NCBI RefSeq assembly: GCF_009914755.1
Contig: NC_060928.1
Source of the DNA: the human T2T-CHM13v2.0 reference genome, Homo sapiens
Reading direction: 5' to 3' (one strand)
DNA length: 64,000 nt
In this document: piece after piece, positions 1-15,417 of the stretch
How the letters are laid out: each line of letters starts with the position of its first letter
Position numbering within the stretch: position 1 is the first letter of the stretch
Translations under genes and position numbers: made by a program
The notes under the pieces: generated by a model
What the model saw: only the letters and a program-made list of their open reading frames with translations
The model's database searches: none
What the model was told of the DNA's origin: nothing

Positions 1-100
1 ATATATTTCTTAAGCAATAATACTTGAAAGTCAAAATTATTCCTTGACCCATGGGCTGCAGAATGGATGTTTGTTAGCAGGTGTGAAAACAACGTTAGTT

Positions 101-393
101 GGCAGGGTGTGGTGGTTCACGCTGTAATCCCAGCACTTTGGGAGGCCAAGGCAGGCGGGTCACAAGGTCAGGAGATTGAAACCTTCCTGGCTAACACGGT
201 GAAACCCTGTCTCTACTAAAAATACAAAAAATTAGCTGGACATGGTGGCATGCACCTGTGGTCACAGCTACTTGGGAGGGTGAGGCTGGATAATGCTTGA
301 ACCCAGGAAGTGGAGGTTGCAGTGAGCCGAGATTGCGCCTCTGCACTCTAGCCTGGGCGACAGAGACTCTCTGTCTCAAAAAAAAAAAAAAAA
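101..393 (+). mobile_element. Alu (AluSc/AluY-like) inserted in Tigger1
   Basis: Full dimer with poly(A) 378-393 and the ctggctaacacggtgaaacc diagnostic. Imperfect TSD aacaacgttagt / aacaacattagt. Confidence 0.95.
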
Positions 394-767
394 GGAGAGA
401 GACAACAACATTAGTCTCCTTGTACATCTTCATCAGAGCTTGCATGACCAGGTGCACTGCCAATCAGCAGTAATATTCTGAATGGAATATGTTTTTCTGA
501 GCAATAGGGCTCAACAGTGAGCTTTAAAAATTCACTAAATCATGGTGTAAAAAGATATGCTTTCATTAGGTTTTGTTTTTCCATTCATAGACCAAGGGGC
601 AGAGTAGATTTAGAATAATTCTTAAAGGCCCTAGGATTTTCAGAATTGTTAATGAGTACTATTCCAACTTTAATTCACCAGCTACATTAGCCCCTAACAA
701 GAGAGTCAGCCTGTACTTTGAAGCTTCTGTTTTCTGGCTACGAAAGTATTAAAAATGGCATCTCCTT

Positions 768-1001
768 CTAATATAAGGCTGTATCATCTACATTGAAAAT
801 CTGCTGTTTAGTGTAGCCACCTTCATTAATGATCTTAGCTAGATCCTCTGGGTAACTTGTGTCACCTTCTGTATCAGCACTTGCTGCCTCACCTTGCACC
901 TTTATGTTATGGACATTACTTCTTTCTTTAAACCTCATGAACGAACCTCTGCCAGCTTCGACCTTTTTTTTAGCAGTTTCTTCACCTCTCACAGGCGTCA
1001 T
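768..1001 (-). pseudogene. Degenerate Tigger1 transposase fragment (CENP-B HTH/DDE boundary)
   Basis: The translation matches the Tigger1 transposase segment; the neighbouring sequence has stops and frameshifts. Confidence 0.85.
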
Positions 1002-1782
1002 AGAATTTAAGAGAGCGAGGGCCTTGCTCTGGATTAAGCTTCAGTTTATGGGAATGTTGTGGCCGGTTTGATATTCTCTCCAGACCACTAAAACATTCTC
1101 CATATTAGCAATAAGGCTGTTCGTTTTCTTATCATTTGTGTGTTCACTGACGTAGCACTTTTAATTTTTTTCAAGATCTTTTCCTTTGTATTCACAACTT
1201 CGCTAACTGTTGGATAGGTTAACAACCTAGCTTTCAACCTATCTCAGTTTTTGACATGCTTTTCTCACTAAGCTTATTCATTTCTAGCTTTTGATTTAAA
1301 GTGAGAGATACATGATTCTTACTTTACTTGAACACTTAGAGGCAATTGTAGGGTTATTACTTCACTTAATTTTAATATTGTTGTGTCTCAAGGAACAAGG
1401 AGGGCTGGAGTGAGATGAGGGAGAGAGACAGGGAAATGGTGAGTCAATGAAGAAATCAGAACATACATATTTATGACATTCACCATCTTTTATATGCGCA
1501 TTTCTTGGTAAACCAAAACAATCATGATGGTAACATTGAAGATCACCGATCTCAGGTCCCTATAATGCCTATAATAATAATGAGAATGGTTAAAATATTG
1601 TGAGAATTACACAAATTTGACACAGGGACACAAAGTGAGCTTGTGCTATTGGAAAAATGACACTGAGAGATTGCTCTATGCAGGGTCGCCACACACTTTT
1701 GATTTGCAAAAGTTGCAATACCTGTGAAGTACAAGAAACCAAAGCACAAGAAAACAAGATACACCTGTATGTTCAATTAAAC

Positions 1783-2075
<293 letters not shown>

Positions 2076-3659
2076 TACTTTTTGGTTTTTAATAAATTTT
2101 TGTTGAAATTTAAAATACATGTGACAAGTATGTGGCACACATGGCGTAGTGTGTACCTTGATGTGTTTTTCTGATATGAAGTTTAAAATATAGAATGTAC
2201 AATATTTTACTTGTGTATTAAAATTTATTTTTTCTTTATTACTGGGCTCCTTGGGGAAAGGTATTGTCATGGCCATCTGTGAAATTCCTAGGCCTGCATT
2301 TAGCAGATATATGGTAAACATTTACTGAGAATACAGGAAAGAACAAACATAAAATAAATAATATATTAACATAGTGATTTCTGCTTAATTAGACAATTGT
2401 CCTATATAACTAGTGTTAACTCTTATTTGGTCTTCATAAATCATTATCATAGTGTCTTGGGGAGCATCACAGAAACAAATACTATATTAATAAATATTTT
2501 CTTGTTGGCATTATTTAGAACAAACAAATGCATAGCTATTAACAAAAAAACAGAAAACTTTCTTTTCTATTATTGTATTTAATTCTCTATAGGTAATTTT
2601 TATAAAAATTGCATGCATTCCAGACATGCTTGTGAATTAAGACAGCTTTCAAGATTTTAAGCAATATGTATCAGAAACTTTATGAAATAAAGGTTATTGA
2701 CTAAATAAGGGAAGAACTCGTTCACACAGAGAAGGATGACGTTCACTGCCGTCAACTGCCTGCAACATCTTGTTATGCCTCATTATAGACTACTTAACAT
2801 TTAAATTTTATATATATAATTTAAAAACTACTTATATATAGGCATATAATGGTATAATATATAGTGTGCAATATGTATTCATTTAATATATATGTTACAT
2901 ATAAAATTGAATCCCTAACACATGTAGCATATATTGTCATATATAATGTATATTTTCATTTTACTTTTATTGTTGCAATATAATTACTATAAATTAAAGT
3001 TTCCTCTAGGAGTCAATGTCAATGTAAATTTCAAAAATAAAATTAAAAAATATAGTTATACAGAAAGGTCAGATGAGTTATAAAAGTAGTGATTGTGGTA
3101 TTACAGCAACTTGACTAGTCTTTCAGATAAAGGTAACCCTTTCTCTCTATTGCTCTTTGTCCTCTCTCCCTTTCTCCCTCTTTATAGTTTAAAAATACTC
3201 TATAGAATTAACCTGAGCTTGAACAATTGTTGTGACAGCAATGAAGATCAATGAGAATTGCTTTTAGAAAGATCATTCTGTTATACTTTTTGCTCAGATT
3301 TTTATTTATTTAACTTATTTATTTGGCAATAACATATTATCTTTACTCTGTCTTATTGTGATAGATTTAAGAGAGGAAATTTCAAGTGTAGGTTTGACCA
3401 AGGGAAATATTTATAGTTGAAATTGCTTTTCATATGATAAGGCTCTTAGTTCAAATTAGGATTTTTTTCTTTTAATAATAGTTGTTACAATAATTGCTAA
3501 AGTACCATGCATATAAAATGCTTTTCTTTGTCATCCCAACATATTTTATCCAATATTTAAATGTGTTATTTATAAATTTATGAAGCTCATAATCATTGGA
3601 CCTCTATTTTTTCTATATAGGACTTAAAACACTCAGAATGCTATTGATAATGTATCCCA

Positions 3660-3910
3660 GAATACTGGCTAAGATTTCAGCAAAATGATCAGAAATAACT
3701 ATCTTTAAATTCCGGCTCTTCCACTTATTAGCTCGTGTTTTTTGCAAAACTTATCTGATTTTTGTGCACCTTAATTTGTAAAAGTCTGCATAATGGAGAC
3801 AGTATTATAAGACACTTTAGGATTATTATAAGAATTAAATAAATTGATATGCATGAAATATTTATAATGTACCTAAAATGGTCTATCAATATTGATTATT
3901 AGTTATTATC
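3660..3910 (+). mobile_element. MIR SINE relic
   Basis: Core-like tttaaattccggctcttccacttattagctcgtg...tctgcataatggagacagta...aggattattataagaattaaataaattgata. Confidence 0.65.
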
Positions 3911-5835
3911 ATTAGTTATGCACTTTTTACTGATATTATTATTAATCATTTTGACAGGATGATAAGGAAGAAGTTTAGCAGCTGATTCAGGAGAGTGCAA
4001 AGGAGAAACACCTGAAAATTTTGCCTGAATGTCTCTGTTTTTTCAGCCAGTACTAGCAGTGCACATCTAAATGCTATCATACCCTAATCAAGGTCTAAGT
4101 CCATCATCAAACAAGTGATTCTGATTGGACAAATGGAGACCCAAGATTTATAAAATCATCTCTATAAATTATAATCAAAGACAAATGTAACAGTAAGGCT
4201 TTTTTTAAAAAAACTCTAGCATATTTACATTTATCTTCACTTTGATTTTTATCTTACTTCTATGAATAAGATTTAAAGACGAAAGATTGAAAACAGTTTT
4301 TTCTTTTTTCTTGTTGTCTTGGCACATTCTCATAATTCAGCAACAACTTAAATAAATTAGGTAATACCAATTAGGTAATGAGAATAATAATTCTCTCTAC
4401 TTCCACTAGTCTTTGTATTTTTCTTTTCTTACTGTGTTTTTTTACCCATGTTTGAAGCTTTTATTTTTTAAGTGCCTCCAACCTGGGAGAAGAAATGACT
4501 TAACATGGAGAGTTGGAAGCGATTAATGCCTATCTAGAGAGCACAGTGAAACATGAGTACCTTCACTGTAACCTAGGCAAGCATTAATCAGTACCTCAGC
4601 ACAGCCTGAAGTGACTTTTTGTGATAATAAAAATGAAATTTTTCTCCCAAATGTATGTCAAAAATATGTGTTCCAAGTATTTCTCTGGAAAGAAACAGTT
4701 CTTGATGAAAGCATTTTATTTCTATATGAAATGAAACATTTTCTGATTTGACACACAGCATGTCTATTCTGGGGTGGTTAGGAAAATACAACCCTTATAA
4801 CTCAAAAAATGAGTGGTGGTTGTAAATTATGTCAAAGCCCATTACACAAAGAGAATGTTCTTCAAAGGTAGGTAATACCATATATATACATAAGGGTTAT
4901 CAAAAACCCATTAAATTTGACCCTTTTAGGTTTTCCTGCTGAGATTAATTTCCCAACATAACATTGCCCTTTTAAAGAAAATCTTTCTTTATCAGAACCT
5001 CTTGTTCTCATGGGAGGTATCCACCATTTCCTTGATAGCCAGGGGCTAACCAGCAACCCCTCACAATCTCGTAAGGCATTTCATTTAAATTTATATTGAG
5101 AAATTCATAGTCTTATTAAGTTGTCTTCCCTTGAGATTCATTTTGCCATGTTTCATTGGTATGTCATTTTAAATGGTGCCATTTAAAAGCTTGCCCCATA
5201 TTTTTACGGGCCACACTACAATCAAATGAGGTTAAATCAAGACTTGAATGTTTCCATGTAGATAACCAAAGAAGATATTTTTCAATATTTTGGTTTTATA
5301 TTGCTTATGCACATGTGCTGATTGAAATTTCCATGATTGCTCAATATAATTAATTGTACATCTTATAGTAATGATAACGATTATAAATAATTAGTGATTC
5401 TGTCCATTTTGAAAAATAACATAGCCAATGACTTAATAGTCTAATATCTTAATTTGTGGCTTTTTTTTTTCATCTCCATGTGGCCTACTTGATAACTGAA
5501 ACAGTACTTTTTGATCCTGGTAATTAGTTGAGGAATTTCTTTCCTTTTTTCCAAAGCCAGATGGTTTTTTTGAAAATCTAAAGACCCATCAAAGATCCAC
5601 AGCTCACTTAAACTTCCATACTGAGTTTCGAGGCCTTCAAATATACATGTTCCTGAACAAATTATCCTTCCTTTATATTCTTGTGAAAAAAAAGATCAAG
5701 CTATTCTGGAACCACTGGTGTTCTTTAAATCTGACATGCTGTTTGCCCATAGGAGAGCCTTTGGAAGCAGTTGAAATAATAGCCGTTTACAAACTCAGCC
5801 ACACAACCACTCAGGAGATGATGATGATAATAACT

Positions 5836-6275
5836 GTATAAGTTTTCCAGGGCTGCTGTAACAAACTGCCAGAAAATGGGTATATTAAAACAACACAAAT
5901 GTATCGTTTCACAATTCTTAAGGCCAGAAGTTCAAAATCAAAATGTCACAAGAGCCAGGTTCTCTCCCGTAACTCTAGGGAAAAACACTTCTTGCCTTTT
6001 TCCTGGCTCCTGGAGGCTCAAACTTGGCATTCCATAGCATGTAGTCACATAACTTCAGTCTCTGCCTCTATCTTCACATGGCTTTCTATCCTGGGTCTCT
6101 TTCTTCTCCTCTTTTTAAAGGGACACAGGTTATATTGATTTAGGATCCACTGCAATGACTTTAATTTTATTATATCTGAAAATACCCTATTATTTCCAAG
6201 TAAAGTTACTTTCAGAGGTACCAGGGGTTAGAACTTCAACATATCTTTTAGGGGAACACAATTTAAGCCATAACA
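5836..6275 (-). mobile_element. MLT1-family MaLR solo LTR
   Basis: tgtataagttttccagggctgctgtaacaaa...ggccagaagttcaaaatcaa...ggggttagaacttcaacatatctttt...ccataaca, with TG...CA termini. Confidence 0.85.
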
Positions 6276-6289
6276 ATGACCAAGACTAT

Positions 6290-6480
6290 AATAATGACAC
6301 AGAGAGACATGTTTTTGAATTGTTTTAATCATAATGTCTAATCCTTACCAATGTTTAGCAAAATGAGAATTATAATTTCCATTTAATCTGGGAGGAAATT
6401 GAATCTCAGGGAAGTGAACTTATTTTTTTTTTTAAGATTTTATGGTGTCAGAGCAAAGATTAGAGTCTAGATTTTTCTGA
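6290..6480 (-). mobile_element. MIR relic
   Basis: ttataatttccatttaatctgggaggaaattgaatctcagggaagtgaac resembles the antisense MIR core. Confidence 0.55.
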
Positions 6481-7226
6481 GTATATCTTGTGTTACAGTG
6501 ACCCTGTTAACAGAGTGAATTGACAACATTATTTCCACTGGCAGCAGTGCCCTGGAGTAGCTGCTATTTCTCCATATTATCTGCAGGCAGTTGGTCCCCC
6601 CAAGCAATGGACTCCAACATTAGCAGCTTCTAGAAAGTTTTCCAGCTTTAGCCCCTGTATTTTGAAGTGCTGGTGTTGCATACAAAGTCTCATTTCAGTA
6701 ATACAAGTTCTCTAAGGTAGCATATTTTGTAGAAATTATTAATTATATAGTTCTGAGATGTTCCTTGCTTACTCAATAGTTTCCAAGTCCTTTCACTGTT
6801 GAACATTTTAAAATTTTCTCTCCTGGGCTTCCTTGTCATTTAAGGAATCTTGGTGAGACATGTAGTGACAGCAACTATGCTGTACAGACCACTCATAGAT
6901 ATAGGTCCCCACACACTAAATATATCAGGAATTGAATATAAAAGCTGGAAACCGAGTGGCCAGGTATTATCACAGTAAATTATGTCAGTACTGGAAAACA
7001 CTGGTTTAAATTGAAATTTTAAAAAGGTCACTTACTAGATGTGTTAATTTGGAGCAGAGTAACAATACCTAACTTGTAGAGTCATGAAAATTTAATAATA
7101 ATATTTATAAAGCTTTGCTTAATTCATTTACCAGATCTAGGAGCTTTTTAGATGAGTCTATGGGGTTTTCTAGGTATATGATCATATCATTAGCAAACAG
7201 CAACAGTTTGACTTCCTCTTTACCGA

Positions 7227-7374
7227 TTTTCTTTTTCTTTCTTTTCTTTCTTTCCTTCTTTCCTTCCTTCCTTTCTCCTCTTTCTTTCTTTCTTTCTCTT
7301 TCTTTCTTTCTTTCTCTTTTTCTTTCTTTCTTTCTTTCTTTCTCTTTCTCTTTCTTTCTTTCTCTTTCTCTTTC

Positions 7375-7438
<64 letters not shown>

Positions 7439-7477
7439 TTCTTTCTTTCTTTCTTTTTCTTTCTTTCTCTTTCTCTT
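7227..7477. repeat. (CTTT)n/(CT)n pure-pyrimidine microsatellite inside L1PB
   Basis: About 250 nt with only C and T. Confidence 0.97.
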
Positions 7478-9265
7478 GTCTAACTGACCTAGCTAGGACT
7501 TCCAGTGCTACATTGAATAGAAGTGGTAAGATTGAGCATCCTTGTCTTGTTCCAGTTCTCAGGGGGAATGGTTTCAACCTTTCCCCATTCAGTATTATGT
7601 TGGCTGTGGGTTTATCATAGACGGCTTTTATTACATTAAGGTATGTCCCTTTCATGCCGATTTTGTAGAGGGTTTAATCATAAAGGAATACTGGATTTCG
7701 TCCAATCTTTTTTCTGCATCTATTGAGATGATCATGTGGTTTTTGTTTTTAATTCTGTTTATGTGTTGTATCACATTTTTTTGACTTGCATATGTTGAGC
7801 CATCTCTGCTTCCTTAGTATGAAACCCACTTGATCATGGTAGATTATCTTTTCGATATGCTGTTGGATTCGGTTAGCTGGTATTTTGTTGAGTATTTTTG
7901 CATCCATGTTCATCAGGGATATTGGTCTGTAGTTTTTGTTGTTGTTGTTATGCCCTTTCCTGGTTTTAGTATGAAGCTGATACTGGCTTCATAGAATAAT
8001 TTAGGGAATTACTTCTTTCTTTATCTTTTGGAATAGTGTCAATAGGATTGGTACCAATTCTTCTTCGAATGTCTGATAGAATTCAGCTGTGAATCTATCT
8101 GTTTCTGGACATTTTTTGGTGGTAACTTTTTAATTACCATTTCAATCTCGCTGCTTGTTATTGGTCTGTTCAGAGTTTCTATTTCTTCCTGATTTAATCT
8201 AGAAGGATTGTATATTTCAGGAATTTATCTATCTTCTCTAGGTTTTCTAGTTTATGTGCATAAAGGTGATCATAATAGCCTTGAATGACCTTTTGCATTT
8301 CTGTGGTATTGATTGTAATATCTCCTGTTTTGTTTCTTAGTGAGGTTATTTGGATCTTCTCCCTTCTTTTCTTCGTTAATCTTGCTAATGGTCTATGAAG
8401 TTTATTTATCTTTCGAAGAACCAGCTTTTTGTTTCATTTGTCGTTTGTATGTTTTTGTTAAAATTTTATTTAGTTATGCTCTGATCTTGGTTATTTCTTT
8501 TCTTCTGCTGGGTTTGAGTATAGTTTGTTCTTACTTCTCTAGCTCCTTGAGGTGTGAACTTACGACCAAGAACCCAAAAGCAAATGCAACAAAAACGAAG
8601 ATAAATAGATAGGACTTAATTAAACTAAAAAGCTTCTGCACAGCAAAAGAAACAATCATCAGCAGAGTAAACAGACAACCTACAGAGTAGGAGAAAATCT
8701 TCACAGTCTGTGCATACAACAGAAGACTAATATCCAGAATCTACAAGGAACTCAAATAAATTAGCAAGAAAAAAGCAAACAACCCCATCAAAAAGTGGGC
8801 TAAGGGCATGAATAGAAAATTCTCAAAAGAAGATATAATATAAATATAAATATATAAATATGGCCTACAAACATACAAGAAAACGCTGAACATCACTAAT
8901 GATCACAGGAATGCAATCAAAACCACAATCCAATATCACCTTACTCCTTCAAGAATGACCATAATAAAAAAATCAAAATATAGTAGATGTTGGTGGGGAT
9001 GTGGTAAAAAGAGAACATTTTTACATTGCTGGTGGGAATGTAAACTAGCATGACCACTATGGAAAACAGTGTGGGGATTCCTTAAAGAACTAAAAGTAGA
9101 ATTACCATTTGATCCAGCAATCCCACTACTAGGTATCTATCCAGAGGAAAAGAAGTCATTATATGAAAAAGATACTTGTACATGCATGTTTAGAGCAGTA
9201 CAACTGCAATTGCAAAAATATGCACCAACCCAAATGCCCATCAATCAACCAGTGGATAAAAACTT

Positions 9266-10112
9266 TATATATACGTATATGTAGAGAGATATGTGTGTGT
9301 GTGTATACATATATACATATATACATATATACATATATGTATACATGTATACATATATACATATATGTATACATGTATACATATATACATATATGTATAC
9401 ATGTATACATATATACATATATGTATACATATATACATATATGTACACATGTATACATATATGTATACATGTATACATGTATACATATATGTATGCATAT
9501 ATACATATATGTATGCATATATACATATATGTATGCATATATACATATATGTATGCATATATACATATATGTATGCATATATACATATATGTATGCATAT
9601 ATACATATATGTATGCATATATACATATATACATACATGTATACATATATACATACATGTATACATATATACATACATGTATACATATATACATATATAC
9701 ATATATGTATACATATATACATTTATGTATACATATATACATATATACATATATGTATACATATATACATATATACATATATGTATACATGTATACATAT
9801 ATACATATATGTATACATACACATATATACATATATGTATACATATATGTATACATACACATATATACATATATGTATATACATATAAGTATACATATAT
9901 GTGTATATATATACACATATACACATATATCTACATATATATCTACATATGTGTATATATACACATATATATCTACATATACATATACACACATATATAC
10001 ACATATACATATATACACATATATACACATATCTATACATATATACACATATATACATATATACACACATATATATATACACATATATATACACACACAC
10101 ACACACATACAC
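9266..10112. repeat. Alternating purine-pyrimidine (TA/CA/TG) compound repeat with 20-bp higher-order units
   Basis: atacatatatgtatgcatat occurs 7 times at 9481-9620. L1PB sequence resumes at about 10112. Confidence 0.97.
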
Positions 10113-11894
10113 CGTGGAATACACCATGGAATACAATTTAGCCATAAAATGCAATGAAATAATGGCATACACAGTGACCTGGATGGAATTGGAGACCATT
10201 ATTCAAAGTGAAGTAACTTAGGAATGAAAAACCAAATATTGTATGTTCTCAATCATAAATGGGAGCTAAGTTATGAGGATTCAAATGCATAAGAATGATA
10301 CAATGGACTTCGGGGGGACGCAGGAGCAAGGGTAGGAAGGAGATGAAGAATAAGAAATTACAAGTTGGGTTCAGTGTACACTGCTTGGGTGATGGGTGCA
10401 TCAAAATGTCAGAAATATCCACTAATGAATTTATTCATCTAACCAAACACCACGTGTTCCCCAAAAACCTACGGAAATAAAAAAATAAGATAAAAAAATA
10501 GTATGTATAAAGCTACACTCCTAGCTTTTTTACTTTTCTACATCTTGATTTATGACCTGAGGAACACTTTAAGAACTCTTACATTCCTTTGCATTAAAAT
10601 TATTTCTCCAAATAAATAAATAAATAAAGTATAAATAAATAAAATAAAAATAATTTTTTCTTATGCATGTTTAAACCAAGATAACAAGAAATTATAAAAC
10701 AAATTTTCCTAATAATTTTCTTCACATGTGTAAACATAGGACACAAGGTGCACAAGAGATTAGGGGCCTGGGAAGATTAATATATTCTATATTTGCTACA
10801 AATAACTACAAACTATAAGAAGAATCAAGAATTACATAATTTTTATTATTTTTATAATAATTGTATAACCTGACCCCAGCAGGTATTTATAAACTCATTA
10901 TTAGCATGATAATTTCAACAACAGAACTATTCTAAAATGCAATAGTAATTGCAAGTGTTTTATTAATTTTCTAAGGACACTTACTACTTTTAATGAATTA
11001 TTCTAGTGTCATATCTTAAAAAGAACATAGGACTGTGACCCAAGATTGGGAATTTATTTGGTTTGACCAACATATTATGATATTAACAAGTCACTTATCT
11101 TACATATGAGTATGTTTCCTTCCTAGAAAACAATGGATAATACCACCATATGTCATAGGATGAAAAAAACAAAAAACACATCCAAGGTAAATAAAAATAT
11201 TTTGTAAGGCTACAGCATTCTAAGCTGCTCTTATTATTGTTATTGTAAATCCATTTTCTCTATTTTTCCTATATTTATTTCATCTTTAAATCAATTATTT
11301 TTTCATAACTAGTTTTATTGCTAAACTGTATGCTAAGCATTAGAAATACAATTTTCTTGAACTTTGAAGACGCACTTGATAAACATCAGGTGTTTGTGTC
11401 AAATTTTATTAGGGCTCGAAATCTCCCCAACCTCCATCACTACATCTCCTCTTCCACCTCTTTCTTCTTGTTCTCCTCTCTCTCTTTGCTTCCATTGAAA
11501 CTTTCTGGGTTGTCAGGATTATAATGCTACTAGAAGAAGATATATGTAAGAAAAGAAATAGTCGGTATAACTAAAATATGTACTAACCTGGAAAGAAAAA
11601 ACTAAAGAAAATTCGACATCAAATAACTATGTAATATTGAGCATACCAATTAATCATGCTAGAACTGAATTTTCTCACTTATAAAATGAAAACATAATTA
11701 TTCAATTATCCTGTATATGAAGCACTTCTAGAATAGATATCTATATGTGATATACAGATATAGATGTATATACCATACTTCCAGAAAATACATGAAGAAA
11801 ATGGTAGTAGAAAAATAATGGTAATTGTACATTTTCTAGTAAACAGCTGGTAAGTCAATTTTCTTAAATCCATTTCATACATTTTCTATATGTC

Positions 11895-12198
11895 TTTTTT
11901 TTTTTTTTTTTTTTTTTTCCGACAGAGTCTCACTCTCGCCAAGGATGGAGTGCAGCTGCGCGATCTCGGCTCACTGCAACCTCCGCCTCCCGAGTTCAAG
12001 CGACCCTTGCCTTAGCCTTCCGGGTAGGTGAGATTACAGGCACCCACCATCATGCTCTGCTAATTTTTGTATTTGTAGTGGAGACGGCGTTTCACCATGT
12101 TGGCCAGGCTGGTCTTGAACTGAACTGACCTCAGGTGATCCACCCGCCTCGGCCTCCCAAAGTGCTGGGATTATAGGCATGAGCCACAGCGCCCAGCC
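11895..12198 (-). mobile_element. AluSx-like
   Basis: Poly(T) 11895-11918 and a full dimer with gacctcaggtgatcc. Imperfect TSD ctatatgtcttt / ctatatgtgtcttt. Confidence 0.93.
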
Positions 12199-12524
12199 TC
12201 CTATATGTGTCTTTAAGTGATTATCTGTTCTGCTTCTGACCCAGAAGTTATATTAAAATGAAAAATCAGTTGATAAAACTCAATAAATTGTGGAAAGAAT
12301 GGTAATCCTCAAACTAAAAAGTATCATATTTAAAGTACACATAAGTTAAATGTTAGAGGATAAGTCATTTATTTTAGATATCTTAATATTCCACTCAGTG
12401 GTTTTGAATGTCTGTAATATTCAAAAAAGCTATAAGGTCATTTGTAATACAACTTAAAGGTTTATTTGCTTACATTTTTCAAAAAGAAATCAGGGCTCCC
12501 CATAACATCTCGTGCCAATACTTA

Positions 12525-12872
<348 letters not shown>

Positions 12873-12880
12873 TCATGAAT

Positions 12881-12946
12881 TTTTTTGGTTTGTTTGTTTT
12901 TAAGATGGAGTTTTGCTCTGTTGCCAAGGCTGGAGTGCAGTGGCAT
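12881..12946 (-). mobile_element. Short Alu 3'-end fragment, an inverted near-copy of the adjacent AluJ 3' end
   Basis: Its reverse complement matches 12804-12859 with 3 mismatches. Confidence 0.85.
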
Positions 12947-12974
12947 TCATAGGAACTGGACTATCTACTAGGGG

Positions 12975-13210
12975 AGCGTATTTATTGAGAGCCTGCTATC
13001 AGGCACATGCAGATCTCTGTTAGGATATTGGCATGCACAGTTTTATTTAGTGTTTACTACAGCTCCATAAGTGATACGTTAATATTTGCCATATACAGGG
13101 GAAAAACGGAAGCTCAAAGAGTTTAGTAATTAGTAAAATTACATTGTTTAAACAGAGTCGAAGTGAACTACAATTTCTGTATATCTGAATCCAAAGCTAA
13201 TGTGGTTTCC
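12975..13210 (-). mobile_element. MIR relic
   Basis: tttattgagagcctgctatcaggcac...gccatatacagggggaaaaacggaagctcaaagagtttagtaatt...tctgaatccaaagct. Confidence 0.6.
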
Positions 13211-14045
13211 TCCATTTGAAGGAGCCACACCAAATAAAAGTCAAAATGTATTTCCTTGCTCTCAAGGCATTTGCAATTGCTTTATGAAACTCATCTGTGT
13301 AAAAAAGTAACTGTTTCATTTTTCTCTGTTATAATGCTACCATCTTAAATCAAGCTACCATTTACTGTACATAAACTGTTCTAATCTACTACTAAGCTAT
13401 TTATTTATCTATCTATTTATTTATTTAGTTACTTACTTTTTTTTATTATACTTTAAGTTTTAGGGCACATGTGCACATTGTGCAGGTTAGTTACATATGT
13501 ATACATGTGCCATGCTGGTGCGCTGCACCCACTAACTCGTCATCTAGCATTAGGTATATCTCCCAATGCTATCCCTCCCCGCTCCCCCCACCCCACCACA
13601 GTCCCCAGAGTGTGATATTCCCCTTCCTGTGTCCATGTGATCTCATTGTTCAATTCCCACCTATGAGTGAGAATATGCGGTGTTTGGTTTTTTGTTCTTG
13701 CGATAGTTTACTGAGAATGATGATTTCCAATTTCATCCATGTCCCTACAAAGGACATGAACTCATCATTTTTTATGGCTGCATAGTATTCCATGGTGTAT
13801 ATGTGCCACATTTTCTTAATCCAGTCTATCATTGTTGGACATTTGGGTTGGTTCCAAGTCTTTGCTATTGTGAATAATGCCGCAATAAACATACATGTGC
13901 ATGTGTCTTTATAGCAGCATCATTTATAATCCTTTGGGTATATACCCAGTAATGGGATGGCTGGGTCAAATGGTATTTCTAGTTCTAGATCCCTGAGGAA
14001 TCGCCACACTGACTTCCACAATGGTTGAACTAGTTTACAGTCCCA

Positions 14046-15402
<1,357 letters not shown>

Positions 15403-15417
15403 CTCACCAAAGTTGAA

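Larger units (their letters stand above)
1..1767 (-). mobile_element. Tigger1 (TcMar-Tigger DNA transposon), left part outside the window, interrupted by an Alu
   Basis: Minus ORF 768-1001 translates to Tigger1/TIGD1-like transposase ([21 protein letters not shown]...[24 protein letters not shown]). The element ends in the terminal repeat ...acacctg at 1767 followed by TA. Confidence 0.93.
7115..10496 (+). mobile_element. L1PB-type LINE-1, 5'-truncated with 5' inversion (7115-8562 antisense, 8563-10496 sense)
   Basis: ORF2 homology on minus ([28 protein letters not shown]) switches to plus at about 8562 (TKNPKANATKTKINR). L1PB-type 3' UTR ends ccccaaaaacctacggaaataaaa. TSD aataatatttataaagct (7097-7114) / aatagtatgtataaagct (10497-10514). 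Confidence 0.9.

Noticed and set aside
191-463. Alu-derived ORFs here and at 12522, 17940, 20957, 30351, 47350 and 48078
   Set aside because: Typical antisense-Alu pseudo-ORFs.
768-1001. Domesticated TIGD1 gene
   Set aside because: All three Tigger1 copies have many stops and frameshifts; none holds a long transposase ORF.
7115-7655. Lys/Glu/Arg-rich and Phe/Leu/Ser-rich ORFs
   Set aside because: They are translations of the (CTTT)n tract fused to a decayed L1 frame.
9159-10221. Many 100-307 aa ORFs on both strands (Y/I/C/M/H/T-rich)
   Set aside because: Strict RY alternation cannot form stop codons; these are repeat artefacts.
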